From positions 4,910 through 68,909 of the forward strand of contig DFBT01000095.1 in assembly GCA_002366725.1 (NCBI GenBank): a stretch of 64,000 nucleotides of DNA. The letters run 5' to 3'. This stretch comes from a candidate division WOR-3 bacterium UBA3073 (lineage in GTDB: Bacteria; Hydrothermota; UBA3073). Of the stretch, positions 1 through 12,159 are shown one piece after another (position 1 is the first letter of the stretch; each line of letters starts with the position of its first letter). A program made the position numbers and the translations under genes. The notes beneath the pieces were generated by a model that was not told the DNA's origin, searched no databases, and was given only the letters and a program-made list of their open reading frames with translations.

Positions 1-1691
1 AGACTTTCACATCCAGAGATGGTTTATGTGATGATGCCGTACTTTCGATGGTCTTTGATGATGCGGGGAATCTGTGGATAGGAACCAATAAAGGTGTTGA
101 TAGATTTGATACTTCAGGATATAAGAAAACGGGCAAGAAAATATTCAAGCATTACGGCAGAGAAGAGGGCTTCATCGGTATTGAATGCAATCAGAATGCA
201 GTTTGCAAAGATAGTAAAGGTGATATATGGTTTGGCACAGTGAAGAGAGTTGTTAAATATGTTTCTAAGAACGATAGGCCCAATATGGTGGAACCAGTTA
301 CACATATTACCAATTTGCGTCTCTTTTCCGGGGATGTCGATTGGTCTATCTATACCGATAGTGTCAGTAAGAAATCGGGTTTACCAGTCGGTTTGGAGCT
401 GCCCTATAACCAAAATCACATAACTTTTGATTTCATAGGGGTTAGTTTAACCATTCCCGAAAAGGTGAGGTATCGATGCAAGTTGGAGGGATTTGACAAA
501 AATTGGTCACACATTATGAGAGAAGCCCACGTTACTTATTCAAATCTACCGCCGGGAAAATATACATTTAGAGTTATCGCCTGCAACGGCGATGATGTAT
601 GGAACAAGAAGCCCACAAATTATAGTTTTGCAATAATCCCTCCGTTTTGGCGGACTTGGTGGTTTTATTTTTTTTGTATGATGGCGGGAACAGGTATTAT
701 ATATACTCTTGTTAAGATGCGTATCAGAAATTTAGAGAGAAAGCGAAGAATATTGGAAGAAAAAGTTGATATGCGAACCATACAATTGAAAGAGGAGAAA
801 GGGAAGGTAGAAAAGATCAATGAGGCACTTAAAAAGATCAAAGACGAGTTAGAAATGAGAGTAGAGGAGCGTACTTCCGAATTGAGGGTTGCAAATAAGC
901 AGCTTAAGAAGGAGATAGCAGAACGCAAAAAAGCGGAAGAGGAAAAGGAAAAGATACAAGCCCAGTTCTACCAGGCGCAGAAGATGGAATCTATAGGGAG
1001 ATTGGCTGGGGGGATTGCCCACGACTTCAATAACCTGTTGACCGCCATTCAAGGGTATACCTATCTGTCGATGAAGAAAATTGACAGATCGGAGCCTTTA
1101 CATAAGTATCTCGGGCATGTACGCGATGCTACCGTGCGCGGTACAGACCTCACAAATCAGTTGCTTCTTTTCAGCCGCAGGCATCAGATGGAATTCACCT
1201 CGCTCAATGTAAACGAGACGGTTGATGACTTGTTAAAGATGCTCAGCTACCTCATAGGTGATGACATCACCGTCGATATTAACCTGCAACCTGACCCCTG
1301 GATGGTATGGGGCGATAAGGGAAATATAGAACAGGTAATTATGAATCTGGCACTCAATGCCAGAGATGCCATGCCCAAAGGTGGAAAGCTAACCATTGAG
1401 ACCCAAAATGTGACCCTGAAGAAAAAGGACTGTGAGGTTATTCCCGAATCACGACCCGGCAGGTTCGTTTGTCTGTTGGTTGCGGACATGGGGATCGGCA
1501 TGGATGGGGAAACCGTACAGAACATATTCGAACCCTTTTTTAGCACCAAAGAGGTTGGAAAGGGTACCGGACTTGGCCTATCCACTGCTTACGGCATTAT
1601 CAAACAGCACGAGGGGTGGATAAATGTTTACAGTGAGTGCGGAAAGGGCTCGGTCTTCAAGGTCTACCTCCCCGCTCATTCCACAAATTAA
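1..1691 (+). CDS. Sensor histidine kinase, Y_Y_Y (beta-propeller-associated) domain + TM + HisKA + HATPase_c; 5' partial (reading frame open to window start)
   Basis: Frame open from nt 3 with no stop; 'DDAGNLWIGTNKGVDRFD' propeller-like repeats, 'YTFRVIACNGDDVWN' Y_Y_Y motif, hydrophobic TM segment, coiled coil, H-box 'IAHDFNNLLTAIQGY', G-boxes 'GIGMD...GTGLGLS'. Confidence 0.85.
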   Translation, partial: TFTSRDGLCDDAVLSMVFDDAGNLWIGTNKGVDRFDTSGYKKTGKKIFKHYGREEGFIGIECNQNAVCKDSKGDIWFGTVKRVVKYVSKNDRPNMVEPVTHITNLRLFSGDVDWSIYTDSVSKKSGLPVGLELPYNQNHITFDFIGVSLTIPEKVRYRCKLEGFDKNWSHIMREAHVTYSNLPPGKYTFRVIACNGDDVWNKKPTNYSFAIIPPFWRTWWFYFFCMMAGTGIIYTLVKMRIRNLERKRRILEEKVDMRTIQLKEEKGKVEKINEALKKIKDELEMRVEERTSELRVANKQLKKEIAERKKAEEEKEKIQAQFYQAQKMESIGRLAGGIAHDFNNLLTAIQGYTYLSMKKIDRSEPLHKYLGHVRDATVRGTDLTNQLLLFSRRHQMEFTSLNVNETVDDLLKMLSYLIGDDITVDINLQPDPWMVWGDKGNIEQVIMNLALNARDAMPKGGKLTIETQNVTLKKKDCEVIPESRPGRFVCLLVADMGIGMDGETVQNIFEPFFSTKEVGKGTGLGLSTAYGIIKQHEGWINVYSECGKGSVFKVYLPAHSTN

Positions 1692-1975
1692 CCACCGATT
1701 GCGATCTCAAATACAACCGTACCACCACCCGTATACTTGCACGGGTCGAGACATTGAATATATGCCCTGTGAGTATCTTTCTTTGCCAGCCCGAGAGATT
1801 TTGGAGAGACTCCCCTCGACAGCGGAATGTAATAGGGCATAATTGAGGACAGAGAGTGCATGCATAAAGGAATATCAGAGAGAAGTTTATAGCCCTCCTC
1901 TATGACAAATGTATCACCTTCTTTATAAACGGGGCAATTTCCCCTTATCTCTTTAACTCTTATAGCGAGTTTCAT
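1688..1975 (-). CDS. Small Cys-containing TIGR04076-like protein (CPVYK...LCMHSL...QCLDP motif)
   Basis: 95-aa ORF; remembered similarity to TIGR04076 family 'ECPVYKVGD...CMHALSSLLPYYVALSRG...QCLDP'; overlaps coaD 3' end by 23 nt. Confidence 0.5.
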   Translation of the reverse strand: MKLAIRVKEIRGNCPVYKEGDTFVIEEGYKLLSDIPLCMHSLSSIMPYYIPLSRGVSPKSLGLAKKDTHRAYIQCLDPCKYTGGGTVVFEIAIGG

Positions 1976-2471
1976 GAGTCTGCAACTTTTTCTTTATCTC
2001 TTCTTCCACGATCTTCGGAACAAACTCTCCCACATCGCCGCCGAGAGAGGCGATCTCCTTTATAAGCGAAGAGGAAAGGAAGAAATACTCTTCTCCCGGC
2101 ATCACGAACACGAATTCGACGGAGGGATATAGTTTTCTATTCATAAGAGTCAACTGGAACTCATAGTCAAAATCAGAGACTGCTCTTAGACCCCTCACAA
2201 CGATATTTATATGGTTTTTCTTCAGATAGTCTATGAGAAGTCCGTCAAATCCCTCACACTCAACTCCATCCATCCTGCTGCTGACGGTTTTAACGATATG
2301 GACTCTCTCCGTGAAAGAGAAGAGCGTGTTCTTATTTGCATCCCTTGCCACAAGTACCCTCACCTTAGGAAATAGGTATCTCGCCCTCTTTATTATATCT
2401 ATGTGTCCGTTGGTAATGGGATCAAATGTTCCGGGATAAATGCATACACTTATTTTAGCTTTAGTGTGCAT
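1953..2471 (-). CDS. coaD: Phosphopantetheine adenylyltransferase
   Basis: 'IYPGTFDPITNGHIDIIKRA' nucleotidyltransferase H/TxGH motif, ~165 aa, typical CoaD length. Confidence 0.9.
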   Translation of the reverse strand: MHTKAKISVCIYPGTFDPITNGHIDIIKRARYLFPKVRVLVARDANKNTLFSFTERVHIVKTVSSRMDGVECEGFDGLLIDYLKKNHINIVVRGLRAVSDFDYEFQLTLMNRKLYPSVEFVFVMPGEEYFFLSSSLIKEIASLGGDVGEFVPKIVEEEIKKKLQTHETRYKS

Positions 2472-2752
2472 CTTTCCCCCTCCTTTATCATACCATAGGT
2501 CTCTCTTATTACCTTTTCGAGACGAACCCTGTCACTTTCGAGGCTGTTTTTGTCGGCGGTAAGTGCCTCCCTTATAGCGAGTGATGTGGTTGTCTGTCTC
2601 TCCGTATCTCTTATCTTTTTTCTCAAGATGAGGATTCTTATGAAACCGTGACTTCCAAAAATGAATATGTAGGCAAGTAAAACAAGTCCCAGCGTAATAA
2701 GTGTTCGTCTGCGCCTTTTTATGTATTTTTTTATGTCAAGTTTGCGCAGCAT
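2450..2752 (-). CDS. ftsB: Septum formation initiator (FtsB/DivIC-like) single-TM coiled-coil protein
   Basis: Start moved to internal ATG 2750-2752 (MLRKLD) because the longer ORF would overlap the upstream dehydrogenase gene; basic N-term, TM 'LITLGLVLLAYIFIF', coiled coil. Confidence 0.55.
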   Translation of the reverse strand: MLRKLDIKKYIKRRRRTLITLGLVLLAYIFIFGSHGFIRILILRKKIRDTERQTTTSLAIREALTADKNSLESDRVRLEKVIRETYGMIKEGERCTLKLK

Positions 2753-2852
2753 AAGAGACTTACACCCGAACAAAACATCACCAGAAGTGGGTATGGAACA
2801 ACCTTTAGGTGGATGCGAACAATGGAGAGATACCGAGTATAGCCAAATCTCC

Positions 2853-4178
2853 TTATCTTCTGTTCGAGAAGATACCTCCACCGAGCAGGACTATCTTCTC
2901 CCTCCCCTCTTTCACCTTCTTCGTTGCATTTCTCGTGTCAATCACCAGCCTTGAATTCCGAACGATAAAGTCGTAGTCATAGGAAGAGTGGTCTGTTGTT
3001 ATGAGTGTACAATCGAACTGCTTCAGTGTTTTCTCGTTTAACGGGAGGGCTCTGTAGGTGGAATCCCGCAGGTTTATCTTCTCAACGAACGGGTCCGAAT
3101 AAGAAATTTTTGAAACCTTGTCCTCTAATGCCCTGATGATCTTCAGAGATGGTGAATCCCTCATATCGCTCACATCTCTCTTGAATGTTACGCCGATGAT
3201 GAGCACGCTGGCATTCTTTGGGCAGATACCTGTATTTGAGAGCGCAGATATGACGGTATTTACCACATAATATGGCATCCCCTCATTTGTCTCCGCAGAT
3301 ATTTCTATGAAGTTTGTGTGGAAGTCGTACTCTTTTGCCTTCCACGAAAGATAGTATGGATCTATGGGTATGCAGTGTCCACCGACACCCGGACCCGGAT
3401 AAAAAGGCATAAATCCAAATGGTTTCGTTGCTGCGGCGTCTATGACTTCCCATATATTTATGCCCATCCTGTCGGCAAGCAGCGCAAATTCGTTGACGAG
3501 GGCTATGTTGACATTACGGAATGTGTTCTCGAGAAGCTTTGTAAATTCTGCCGCCTCGGAGGAGGATACCTTTTTGACCTTACCCACAACCTTTTCGTAG
3601 AGAAGATAGGCGAGTTCGGTTGAGGTCTCATCTATTCCTCCAACCACAACCGGTGTGTTGCCTATGGCGTACTTCTTGTTTCCCGGGTCTACCCTCTCCG
3701 GGGAGAATGCGAGAAAGAAATCCTTACCCGCTTTCAATCCCGACTTCTCCAGTATCGGAAGGACAACTTCTCTTGTTGTCATGGGAAAGGTGGTGGACTT
3801 CAGTATGACGAGTTCATCGGGGTGAAGCACTCTGGAGAGTTTCTTTGATGTGGCAACAATATAGGAGATGTTGGGGACTTTGTTTTCATCAACTGGTGTC
3901 GGCACGCATATCTGGACGACATCACAGTCCCTTATATTGTTGTAGTCAGTGCTTGCACGCACGAGTCCATTTTGTACAAGACCTCTCAGTTCACGGGAGG
4001 ATGCATCCTGAATATAGCTTTCACCTCTGTTCACAGAATCCACCCTTCCCTTCTTTCTGTCAATTCCCACAACCCTGAATCCCTTTCTTGCAAACGCGCA
4101 GGCAAGAGGCAGTCCCACATAACCCAATCCAATTACACCCACAAGTGCCTTCTTGTTTTCTATCCTCTCCTTCAACAT
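2853..4178 (-). CDS. Nucleotide-sugar (UDP-glucose/UDP-N-acetyl-hexosamine) 6-dehydrogenase family protein
   Basis: N-terminal Rossmann 'VIGLGYVGLPLA', catalytic 'GGHCIPIDP'-type Cys motif, 441 aa. Confidence 0.85.
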   Translation of the reverse strand: MLKERIENKKALVGVIGLGYVGLPLACAFARKGFRVVGIDRKKGRVDSVNRGESYIQDASSRELRGLVQNGLVRASTDYNNIRDCDVVQICVPTPVDENKVPNISYIVATSKKLSRVLHPDELVILKSTTFPMTTREVVLPILEKSGLKAGKDFFLAFSPERVDPGNKKYAIGNTPVVVGGIDETSTELAYLLYEKVVGKVKKVSSSEAAEFTKLLENTFRNVNIALVNEFALLADRMGINIWEVIDAAATKPFGFMPFYPGPGVGGHCIPIDPYYLSWKAKEYDFHTNFIEISAETNEGMPYYVVNTVISALSNTGICPKNASVLIIGVTFKRDVSDMRDSPSLKIIRALEDKVSKISYSDPFVEKINLRDSTYRALPLNEKTLKQFDCTLITTDHSSYDYDFIVRNSRLVIDTRNATKKVKEGREKIVLLGGGIFSNRR

Positions 4179-4383
4179 ACACCCTCCATCTTTCTTTTTA
4201 TGTAAAACTAACTACAGAGTTCACAGATTATGTCAGAAACAGCAATTAGGTTATTAGGTAATTAAGTAATTCCTGTCTACCGACAGGTAGAAAAGAACAC
4301 GCTTGAAAATGACGACCACACCCGATTACTTAATAACTTAATGGTTTATATCTTGTCCATACGGATCTTGAGATGCTAATCTT

Positions 4384-4424
4384 GCCTGCCTGCCCATACG
4401 GGTCCGCAGGGACCGGTAGGCAGG
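4384..4424. repeat. Split copy of GC-rich palindromic intergenic repeat (CCTGCCTGCC-[catacgggtccgcagggac]-CGGTAGGCAGG)
   Basis: Read directly; downstream of rpsI. Confidence 0.8.
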
Positions 4425-4459
4425 TGTTAATCTCGTGGTTTATTAAAGCACAACAGGAG

Positions 4460-4852
4460 TTATCTCTTTGAGAACTGGAATCTCTTTCTCGCCTTTGGAT
4501 GTCCGTATTTCTTTCTCTCCACCTCTCTGGGGTCCCTGGTAAGCAACCCTTCTTTTTTAAGGGATGGTTTTAAGTCGGGTTCCAGTGCCACGAGCGCCCT
4601 CGCTATTCCAAGTAAGATTGCCTCTGCCTGACCCCTTATACCACCACCCTCAACCTTTGCGCTTATATTGAATTTATCCATCGTGTCGGTAACGCGCAGG
4701 GGAGATTTTGCATTGTATATCAGATCCTCTCTTCCCCCAAAGAACTCGGTGAGCTCTTTTCCGTTCACCATTATTTTCCCTTCTCCCTCGGTGAGTTTTA
4801 CGCGGGCGGTTGCCCTCTTACGCCTCCCCGTCTTTAATAATACCTGTTCCAT
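4460..4852 (-). CDS. rpsI: 30S ribosomal protein S9
   Basis: C-terminal 'KYGHPKARKRFQFSKR' S9 signature, 130 aa. Confidence 0.95.
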   Translation of the reverse strand: MEQVLLKTGRRKRATARVKLTEGEGKIMVNGKELTEFFGGREDLIYNAKSPLRVTDTMDKFNISAKVEGGGIRGQAEAILLGIARALVALEPDLKPSLKKEGLLTRDPREVERKKYGHPKARKRFQFSKR

Positions 4853-4871
4853 GTTCCCTCCATTAATGAAA

Positions 4872-5306
4872 TCAAAAAAGCACTAAATATTTTTCCGTTC
4901 CCCTGTTTGTCTGCTCCAGTTCTATTGGGTTTTGTGCCTTGTGGGGATGCTCGCTTCCCGGATAGACCTTCAGCTTCTTTATCATCTTCCTGCCAAGGGG
5001 CCCCTTTGGAAGCATCCCTTTGACGGCGTGGTGAATTATCTCCTCGGGTTTCTTCTTTCTCATCTCTTTCAAGGTGGTCTTCTTTAACCCTCCTGGGTAT
5101 CCTGTGTATCTCGTGTATACCTTCTCTGTCTCTTTCTTCCCCGTAACCTTCACCTTGCTCGCATTTATACATATGACATAGTCTCCCATATCCGCATTTG
5201 GAGTAAACTCTGGCTTATGTTTACCCCGCAATATTGTGGCGATCCTTGTTGCAAGTCTACCGAGTATCTTTCCATCTGCATCTATTATATACCACTTCTT
5301 TTCCAT
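4872..5306 (-). CDS. rplM: 50S ribosomal protein L13
   Basis: '[32 protein letters not shown]' L13 signature; classic rplM-rpsI pair. Confidence 0.95.
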   Translation of the reverse strand: MEKKWYIIDADGKILGRLATRIATILRGKHKPEFTPNADMGDYVICINASKVKVTGKKETEKVYTRYTGYPGGLKKTTLKEMRKKKPEEIIHHAVKGMLPKGPLGRKMIKKLKVYPGSEHPHKAQNPIELEQTNRGTEKYLVLF

Positions 5307-5452
5307 AAAGCCCCCGTAACAAGATTAAAAATCAAAAATCAAAATGCAAAACTACTGAGGTAAAGGTCTAATTTCTAATGTCAAATGTCTAATCAATGAC
5401 TGACAGTTAGTCATTGGGTCATTGGTCTGTGGTCATTTGGTCATTAGAAATT

Positions 5453-5472
5453 CCTGCCTACCGGTAGGCAGG
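5453..5472. repeat. 20-bp perfect palindrome CCTGCCTACCGGTAGGCAGG
   Basis: Read directly; downstream of def, flanked by TTAGACATT/GTCATTG micro-repeats. Confidence 0.85.
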
Positions 5473-5513
5473 CGTCATTAGACATTTCATTTTGCATTTT
5501 CGAGTTGGTAGCT

Positions 5514-6020
5514 CTACTCCCTTCCCCTCACCTGGAATGCGGGCAGTGTGGGATTATAATTCATGTTGAATTTCAGTAGTGCCTCTTTAGAGAGAAAATC
5601 AATTATCAACTTCCCCTGTAGATGGTCGATTTCATGTTGTATCACCCTTGCAAGGAGGTCTTTCGCCTTGATGTGTATTTCTTTACCCTCTATGTCGCAG
5701 CCTCTGATCTCAATAAGAAAGGGTCTTTTGATTTGGACTGATGCCCCCGGGATGGAGAGACAACCCTCCTCAAATATCTCTTTACCCTTACTTTTGATGA
5801 TTTCGGGATTAACTATGTATAGGGGACCCCGTCCAATATCGACCACAATAATTCTCTCTAAAATGCCGATTTGGGGAGCGGCGAGCCCTATTCCGTCGAG
5901 CCTCTGCATAAACTCTGTCATTGAGGTAGCTATCTTCTGAAGTCTCTCGTCGAATGTCGACACGGGTTTGCTCTTCTCCCTCAATACATGGTCGGGATAT
6001 ATGCGTATCGTTAACTCCAT
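5514..6020 (-). CDS. def: Peptide deformylase
   Basis: Motifs 'GIGLAAPQIG', 'EGCLSIPG', 'QHEIDHLQG'; start probably internal M (MELTIRIYPD), the ORF track extends to 6050. Confidence 0.9.
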   Translation of the reverse strand: MELTIRIYPDHVLREKSKPVSTFDERLQKIATSMTEFMQRLDGIGLAAPQIGILERIIVVDIGRGPLYIVNPEIIKSKGKEIFEEGCLSIPGASVQIKRPFLIEIRGCDIEGKEIHIKAKDLLARVIQHEIDHLQGKLIIDFLSKEALLKFNMNYNPTLPAFQVRGRE

Positions 6021-6249
6021 AAATGCATTTTTTACTGTAGATATAACCACGAAGACACAAAGAGCACAAAGACACCAAAACTAAGAATTGAAGATTGAAG
6101 ATTTTAGATTGTAGATTGCAGTTCGTCATTAGTCCTTTATCCTTTTACCTTTTTCCTTTCCAGTGATTAGCGATGACCGATTACCGATTATCCGCAGGTC
6201 ACAGACTCGTCCGCAGGATCCGTATGGATATGAGATCCGTATGGACTGG

Positions 6250-7959
6250 TTACCGGTTTTGTGTAATACTTATCCCGAGTTCCTTCAGTTTTTCATCTTC
6301 TATCTCCGACGGGACATTCTCCATAAGGCCTGTACCGGTAAGTGTCTTCGGAAATGGAATCACCTCCTGGATCGAATTCTCTCCCGACAATATCATGAGA
6401 AGTCTGTCAAGTCCAATGGCTATCCCTCCGTGTGGTGGCGCACCATAGGTCAGAGCGGAGAGGAAGAATCCGAATTCTCTGTCCCTCTTCTCTTTACTCA
6501 TACCACCTATCTCCATCATCTTTTCCTGCAGGACTCTGTCGTGGATTCTTATGCTGCCCGACCCGAGTTCCGTTCCATTGAGGACGAGGTCGTACTGTTT
6601 CCCGGTCACCTTCGAGGGGTCCACAAAATCATCGGTCTTTGGCATTGTGAATATGTGGTGGCAGGGCATCCAACCGCCCGTTTCCCCATCCCACTCAAAG
6701 AGCGGGAAATCAGTTACCCAGAGCAGCTTGTACTGCTCCTTTGGAGTTTCTCCCACGAGTATCTTATTCCTGACGGCACCGAGGGTCTCGAGACTTCTCT
6801 TCCAATCACCCGCACAGAAGAGTACGGTCTTCTCCCCGCTTATTGAGAGTGCAGATTTCAATTCGCCGGAGAGTTCCGGGGAAAAAAACTTTGCAACATT
6901 ACCCGACAGGGTCTCCCTAAATGACAGATACGAGATTTTGCTGTTGTAGTATTTGAGAGCGAACTCCGAAAGTTCATCGATGTTCTTCCTTGTGAGTGGG
7001 GGGACAGTTATAGCCTTTATGAACTTTGCCTCTTTGAAGATTCTGAACTCACTCTTTTTTGCTATGTCTGTAACATCGGATATATATACATCAAACCTCG
7101 CATCGGGCTTGTCACTTCCGTATTTCTCCATGGCATTTCTGTATGTGAGTCTCTCGAAGGGAGCCCTTATTTTTATACCGAGAATATTTTCAAAGACAGC
7201 ACTTATCATCCCCTCCACAAGATTCATAATATCATCTTCATCCACAAAACTCGCTTCGAGGTCTATCTGTGTATGCTCTGGCTGGCGGTCGGCTCGCTGG
7301 TCCTCGTCTCTGAAACATCGAGCAAATTGAAAGTATCTGTCAACGCCCGCGATCATCAATAGTTGTTTATAAATTTGAGGTGACTGGGCAAGTGAATAGA
7401 ATTTGCCGTTAAAATTTCTCGAGGGCACCACGAAATTTCTTGCCCCCTCTGTGGTTGTGAGCGTGAGATACGGGGTTTCTATTTCGAGAAAATTCCTCTC
7501 TGACAGATAGGTCCTCACGGTGTTAATGAGTTGCGACCTCATCAGGAGTTTTTTCTGCATCGATGGTCTGCGGAGGTCAAGATATCTATACTTCATCCTC
7601 AGCTCATCCTTTGCCGTTATGGGGTCCTTTATCACAAAAGGTGGAACATCGGAGGGGGAAAGAAGTTTCATTTGAGATGCCACCACCTCGATCCCGCCGG
7701 TGTCGAGAGACAGATTTCGCATGCCAGAAGGCCTCTCTCTGACCATTCCCTCAACTTGCACCACATATTCTCCGCCAAATTCACTCGCCTTTTCTATAAG
7801 TTCTGTATTCGCTAAAACCACCTGTGTTACGCCGTATCTATCTCTCAGGGAGATAAAGACCATCTTGCCGTGGTCCCTTATTGCGTCTATCCATCCCTGG
7901 AGTGTCACATTCTCTCCGGAATTTTTCTCTCTCAGTTCTCCGCAGGTATGTGTGCGCAT
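6250..7959 (-). CDS. aspS: Aspartyl-tRNA synthetase
   Basis: N-terminal OB-fold 'MRTHTCGELR', class II aaRS motifs 'FRDEDQRADRQPEHTQID', 'GGIAIGLDRLLM', 569 aa. Confidence 0.95.
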   Translation of the reverse strand: MRTHTCGELREKNSGENVTLQGWIDAIRDHGKMVFISLRDRYGVTQVVLANTELIEKASEFGGEYVVQVEGMVRERPSGMRNLSLDTGGIEVVASQMKLLSPSDVPPFVIKDPITAKDELRMKYRYLDLRRPSMQKKLLMRSQLINTVRTYLSERNFLEIETPYLTLTTTEGARNFVVPSRNFNGKFYSLAQSPQIYKQLLMIAGVDRYFQFARCFRDEDQRADRQPEHTQIDLEASFVDEDDIMNLVEGMISAVFENILGIKIRAPFERLTYRNAMEKYGSDKPDARFDVYISDVTDIAKKSEFRIFKEAKFIKAITVPPLTRKNIDELSEFALKYYNSKISYLSFRETLSGNVAKFFSPELSGELKSALSISGEKTVLFCAGDWKRSLETLGAVRNKILVGETPKEQYKLLWVTDFPLFEWDGETGGWMPCHHIFTMPKTDDFVDPSKVTGKQYDLVLNGTELGSGSIRIHDRVLQEKMMEIGGMSKEKRDREFGFFLSALTYGAPPHGGIAIGLDRLLMILSGENSIQEVIPFPKTLTGTGLMENVPSEIEDEKLKELGISITQNR

Positions 7960-8113
7960 AATAAGCTAAAAAATGGACGCAGATTAACGCAGATGTAATA
8001 AAAAGTTTACTCGTTGGAATTTAAATAATCAGCGTCCCAGAACAGGTCTTTGAAATAAAAAAATCTGTTTTTTATCCGCGTAGATCGGCGTCCCCAAAAA
8101 ATGACTTCAATAT

Positions 8114-8545
8114 TTACCTATCGAGGTCCTTAATGAGTTCAACGAGTTCTTCAACTGAAGCGACATTCAGTACTTGTGACCGGAATTCCTCTGTATTGGC
8201 CAACCTTATGAGACGAACAAGTATCTCTGTATATTTTTTCCTTTCGTGTTCGGGGAAAATAAGTAGCCATATTATCTTTACCGGTTTACGGTCGAGTGTC
8301 CCGAACTCTATACCACCCCGGGAGAGTCCAAGCGAAAGTGTTGCCTCTTTTACTTCTTTTCCCAGGTATCTTGGAATGGCAACACCACATCCTATTCCCG
8401 TGGGAAACTCTCTCTCCCGTGCATATATCCTCTGAAGCACGGGCGGGGGCTGGTCCGTGGTCTCAAAGAGCTCCTTCACGGCCTGTCGTTTTTCACGCGA
8501 CCTCAAGTGGTTCTTGAATCTTCCTTTCAAATAATTCTCTATCAT
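8114..8545 (-). CDS. ptsN: PTS EIIA type-2 (PtsN/nitrogen regulatory IIA-like) protein
   Basis: 143 aa, EIIA-2 fold signature around 'GIGCGVAIPRYLGKEV...GIEFGTLDRKPVKIIWLLIFPE'. Confidence 0.7.
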   Translation of the reverse strand: MIENYLKGRFKNHLRSREKRQAVKELFETTDQPPPVLQRIYAREREFPTGIGCGVAIPRYLGKEVKEATLSLGLSRGGIEFGTLDRKPVKIIWLLIFPEHERKKYTEILVRLIRLANTEEFRSQVLNVASVEELVELIKDLDR

Positions 8546-8599
8546 TATAGATACCTGGGATTGAAAATGCGGAAGAGTCCCGCCATTTTGCTTCTCTTT

Positions 8600-9916
8600 T
8601 TACAGGATATACCTTGCAATGTCCACGTTCTTAACGATGTCTTTCAATCTCTCTCTCACATCATTTTCTTCAATGTGTACCTTTTTTATGCCTCTCTTTG
8701 GAACTTTATATAACCAATCCTCCATCAGTGCGAACATTATTGTGTGTAACCTCCTTGCGCCTATATCATCGGTGGTCTCGTTCACTTTTGCGGCGTATTC
8801 TGCGATCGCATCTATTGCCATTTCGTCAAACGACATATCGACCTTCTCGGTCTTAAAAAGTGCAATGTATTGTTTTATCAGGGCGTTTTCTGGTTCTGTA
8901 AGAATTCTTTTGAAATCTTCCTTTTTCAGTCGGGCGAGTTCAACCCTTATGGGAAATCTTCCCTGAAGTTCGGGGATTAGATCGGATGGCTTCGACGAGG
9001 TGAATGCACCCGCCGCTATGAACAATATGTGGTCTGTCCTTACCATTCCGTACTTCGTTGTAACATTGCATCCCTCAACAATTGGCAGAAGGTCCCTTTG
9101 AACACCCGCTCTGGAGACATCGGGGCCACCTCTGCCGTCTGCGCCCACGATTTTATCGAGCTCATCTATGAATATTATACCCGAGTTTTCCATATTCTCC
9201 TTTGCCTCGCTTATCACCTCTTCCATATCGACAAGTTTCTGCGCCTCTTCCTGTGCGAGGATTTCTTTTGCCTCGTTGACCTTGATTCTCTTCGTCTTGT
9301 GCTTTTTGGGGGCGATGGACGACATCATATCCTGAATATCGGTATTGATCTCCTCCATACCCATGGGACCGAATATCTCTATAAGGGGAAATGATTGGAC
9401 ATATACGGGAACATTAACAAACCTATCCTTGAGTGCGCCCTTACGCAATAATTTTCGCAGCTTATCACGCGATTCCTTCTGTTTTTCCTTATTCTCCCCC
9501 GGTAGAAGCAAGTCCAGCAACCTTTCTTCTCCCCGTTCTCTCGCTCGTTCCGCCACCTCGATCTGCCTTCGAGCCTTCACCATATTCACGGATATATTCA
9601 TGAGGTCTCTCACCATGGCTTCCACATCCCTTCCAACATATCCCACCTCGGTATATTTTGACGCCTCGACCTTCATAAACGGTGCGTTGACGAGCCTCGC
9701 AATTCTTCTCGCTATCTCCGTTTTTCCAACACCCGTCGGACCAATGAGTATCAGGTTGTTTGGGAGTATCTCTTCTCTCATGAGGCCCTTCACCCTCTGT
9801 CGCCTCCACCTGTTGCGGATTGCTATTGCAATAGCACGTTTTGCTTCGCTCTGACCGATGATATGTCGGTCGAGTTCCTTTACTATCTCCTTTGGTTTTA
9901 GTTCTCTTTTGTTCAC
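8600..9916 (-). CDS. hslU: ATP-dependent protease ATPase subunit HslU
   Basis: '[29 protein letters not shown]', Walker A '[15 protein letters not shown]', 438 aa, adjacent to hslV. Confidence 0.95.
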   Translation of the reverse strand: MNKRELKPKEIVKELDRHIIGQSEAKRAIAIAIRNRWRRQRVKGLMREEILPNNLILIGPTGVGKTEIARRIARLVNAPFMKVEASKYTEVGYVGRDVEAMVRDLMNISVNMVKARRQIEVAERARERGEERLLDLLLPGENKEKQKESRDKLRKLLRKGALKDRFVNVPVYVQSFPLIEIFGPMGMEEINTDIQDMMSSIAPKKHKTKRIKVNEAKEILAQEEAQKLVDMEEVISEAKENMENSGIIFIDELDKIVGADGRGGPDVSRAGVQRDLLPIVEGCNVTTKYGMVRTDHILFIAAGAFTSSKPSDLIPELQGRFPIRVELARLKKEDFKRILTEPENALIKQYIALFKTEKVDMSFDEMAIDAIAEYAAKVNETTDDIGARRLHTIMFALMEDWLYKVPKRGIKKVHIEENDVRERLKDIVKNVDIARYIL

Positions 9917-10440
9917 AACGTTTCCACCCTTATGTTGTCATTTGTGTACACACATATAGACGAGGCTGTTCTTATGGATTCCTCCACGATCTCCTTTGCG
10001 GAGAGATTCGTGTATTTTATCAGAGCCCTTGCCGCCGCAAGCGCATAAGGTCCTCCAGAGCCTATTGCAACTATGCCGTCGTCGGGCTCGATCACATCCC
10101 CGGAGCCCGAGATGAGAAATGCTGAGTCCTTATCCAATACCACCAACAGCGCATCGAGCCTTCTCAGAACCTTGTCAGTCCTCCAGTCCTTTGCGAGATT
10201 CACGACAGATTTCTGCAGATTACCGTGCGATTCCTCCAGTTTCTTCTCAAACCTTTCAAACAATGTAATTGCATCGGCAACACCGCCAGCGAACCCCGCC
10301 AGGATTTTGTCCTCATAGAGTTTTCTTATCTTATTCGCTCCGTGTTTCACTATCGTCTTCTCAAGCGTGACCTGCCCGTCTCCGCCGATGGCTGCCTCAC
10401 CTTTACGGCACACACCTATTATGGTTGTAGATAGAAACAT
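9913..10440 (-). CDS. hslV: ATP-dependent protease subunit HslV
   Basis: N-terminal Thr protease '[21 protein letters not shown]', 175 aa, 4-nt overlap with hslU. Confidence 0.95.
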   Translation of the reverse strand: MFLSTTIIGVCRKGEAAIGGDGQVTLEKTIVKHGANKIRKLYEDKILAGFAGGVADAITLFERFEKKLEESHGNLQKSVVNLAKDWRTDKVLRRLDALLVVLDKDSAFLISGSGDVIEPDDGIVAIGSGGPYALAAARALIKYTNLSAKEIVEESIRTASSICVYTNDNIRVETL

Positions 10441-10521
10441 AATAAAATGTCTAATTTCTAATGCCGAATGTCTAATCGATGCCTAATTGTTAGTTATTGA
10501 GTAATTAACTAATTAAGTCTC

Positions 10522-10575
10522 CAGTCTGTGGTCTTTGGTCTGTAGTCTGTGGTCTGTAGTCTGTGGTCTGTAGTC
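10522..10575. repeat. Heptad micro-tandem array (TCTGTGG/TCTGTAG)x~7.5
   Basis: 'tctgtggtctttggtctgtagtctgtggtctgtagtctgtggtctgtagtc' between hslV and guaB. Confidence 0.85.
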
Positions 10576-10578
10576 ATT

Positions 10579-12012
<1,434 letters not shown>

Positions 12013-12159
12013 TTATGCGTTAGCCACAGATTTCACAGATTATATCAAAAACAGTAATTGGGTTATTGGGTAATTAAGTAATTAAATCTCCGGTCTTTAG
12101 TCTGTGGTCTTCGGTCTGTAGTCCTTTTATTTCACATTTTGACTTTTGCAATGTGTGTC

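Noticed and set aside
6163-6949. Plus-strand ORFs of 227 and 132 aa
   Set aside because: They lie entirely antisense within aspS, which has unmistakable class II aaRS motifs. These are shadow ORFs with low-complexity composition.
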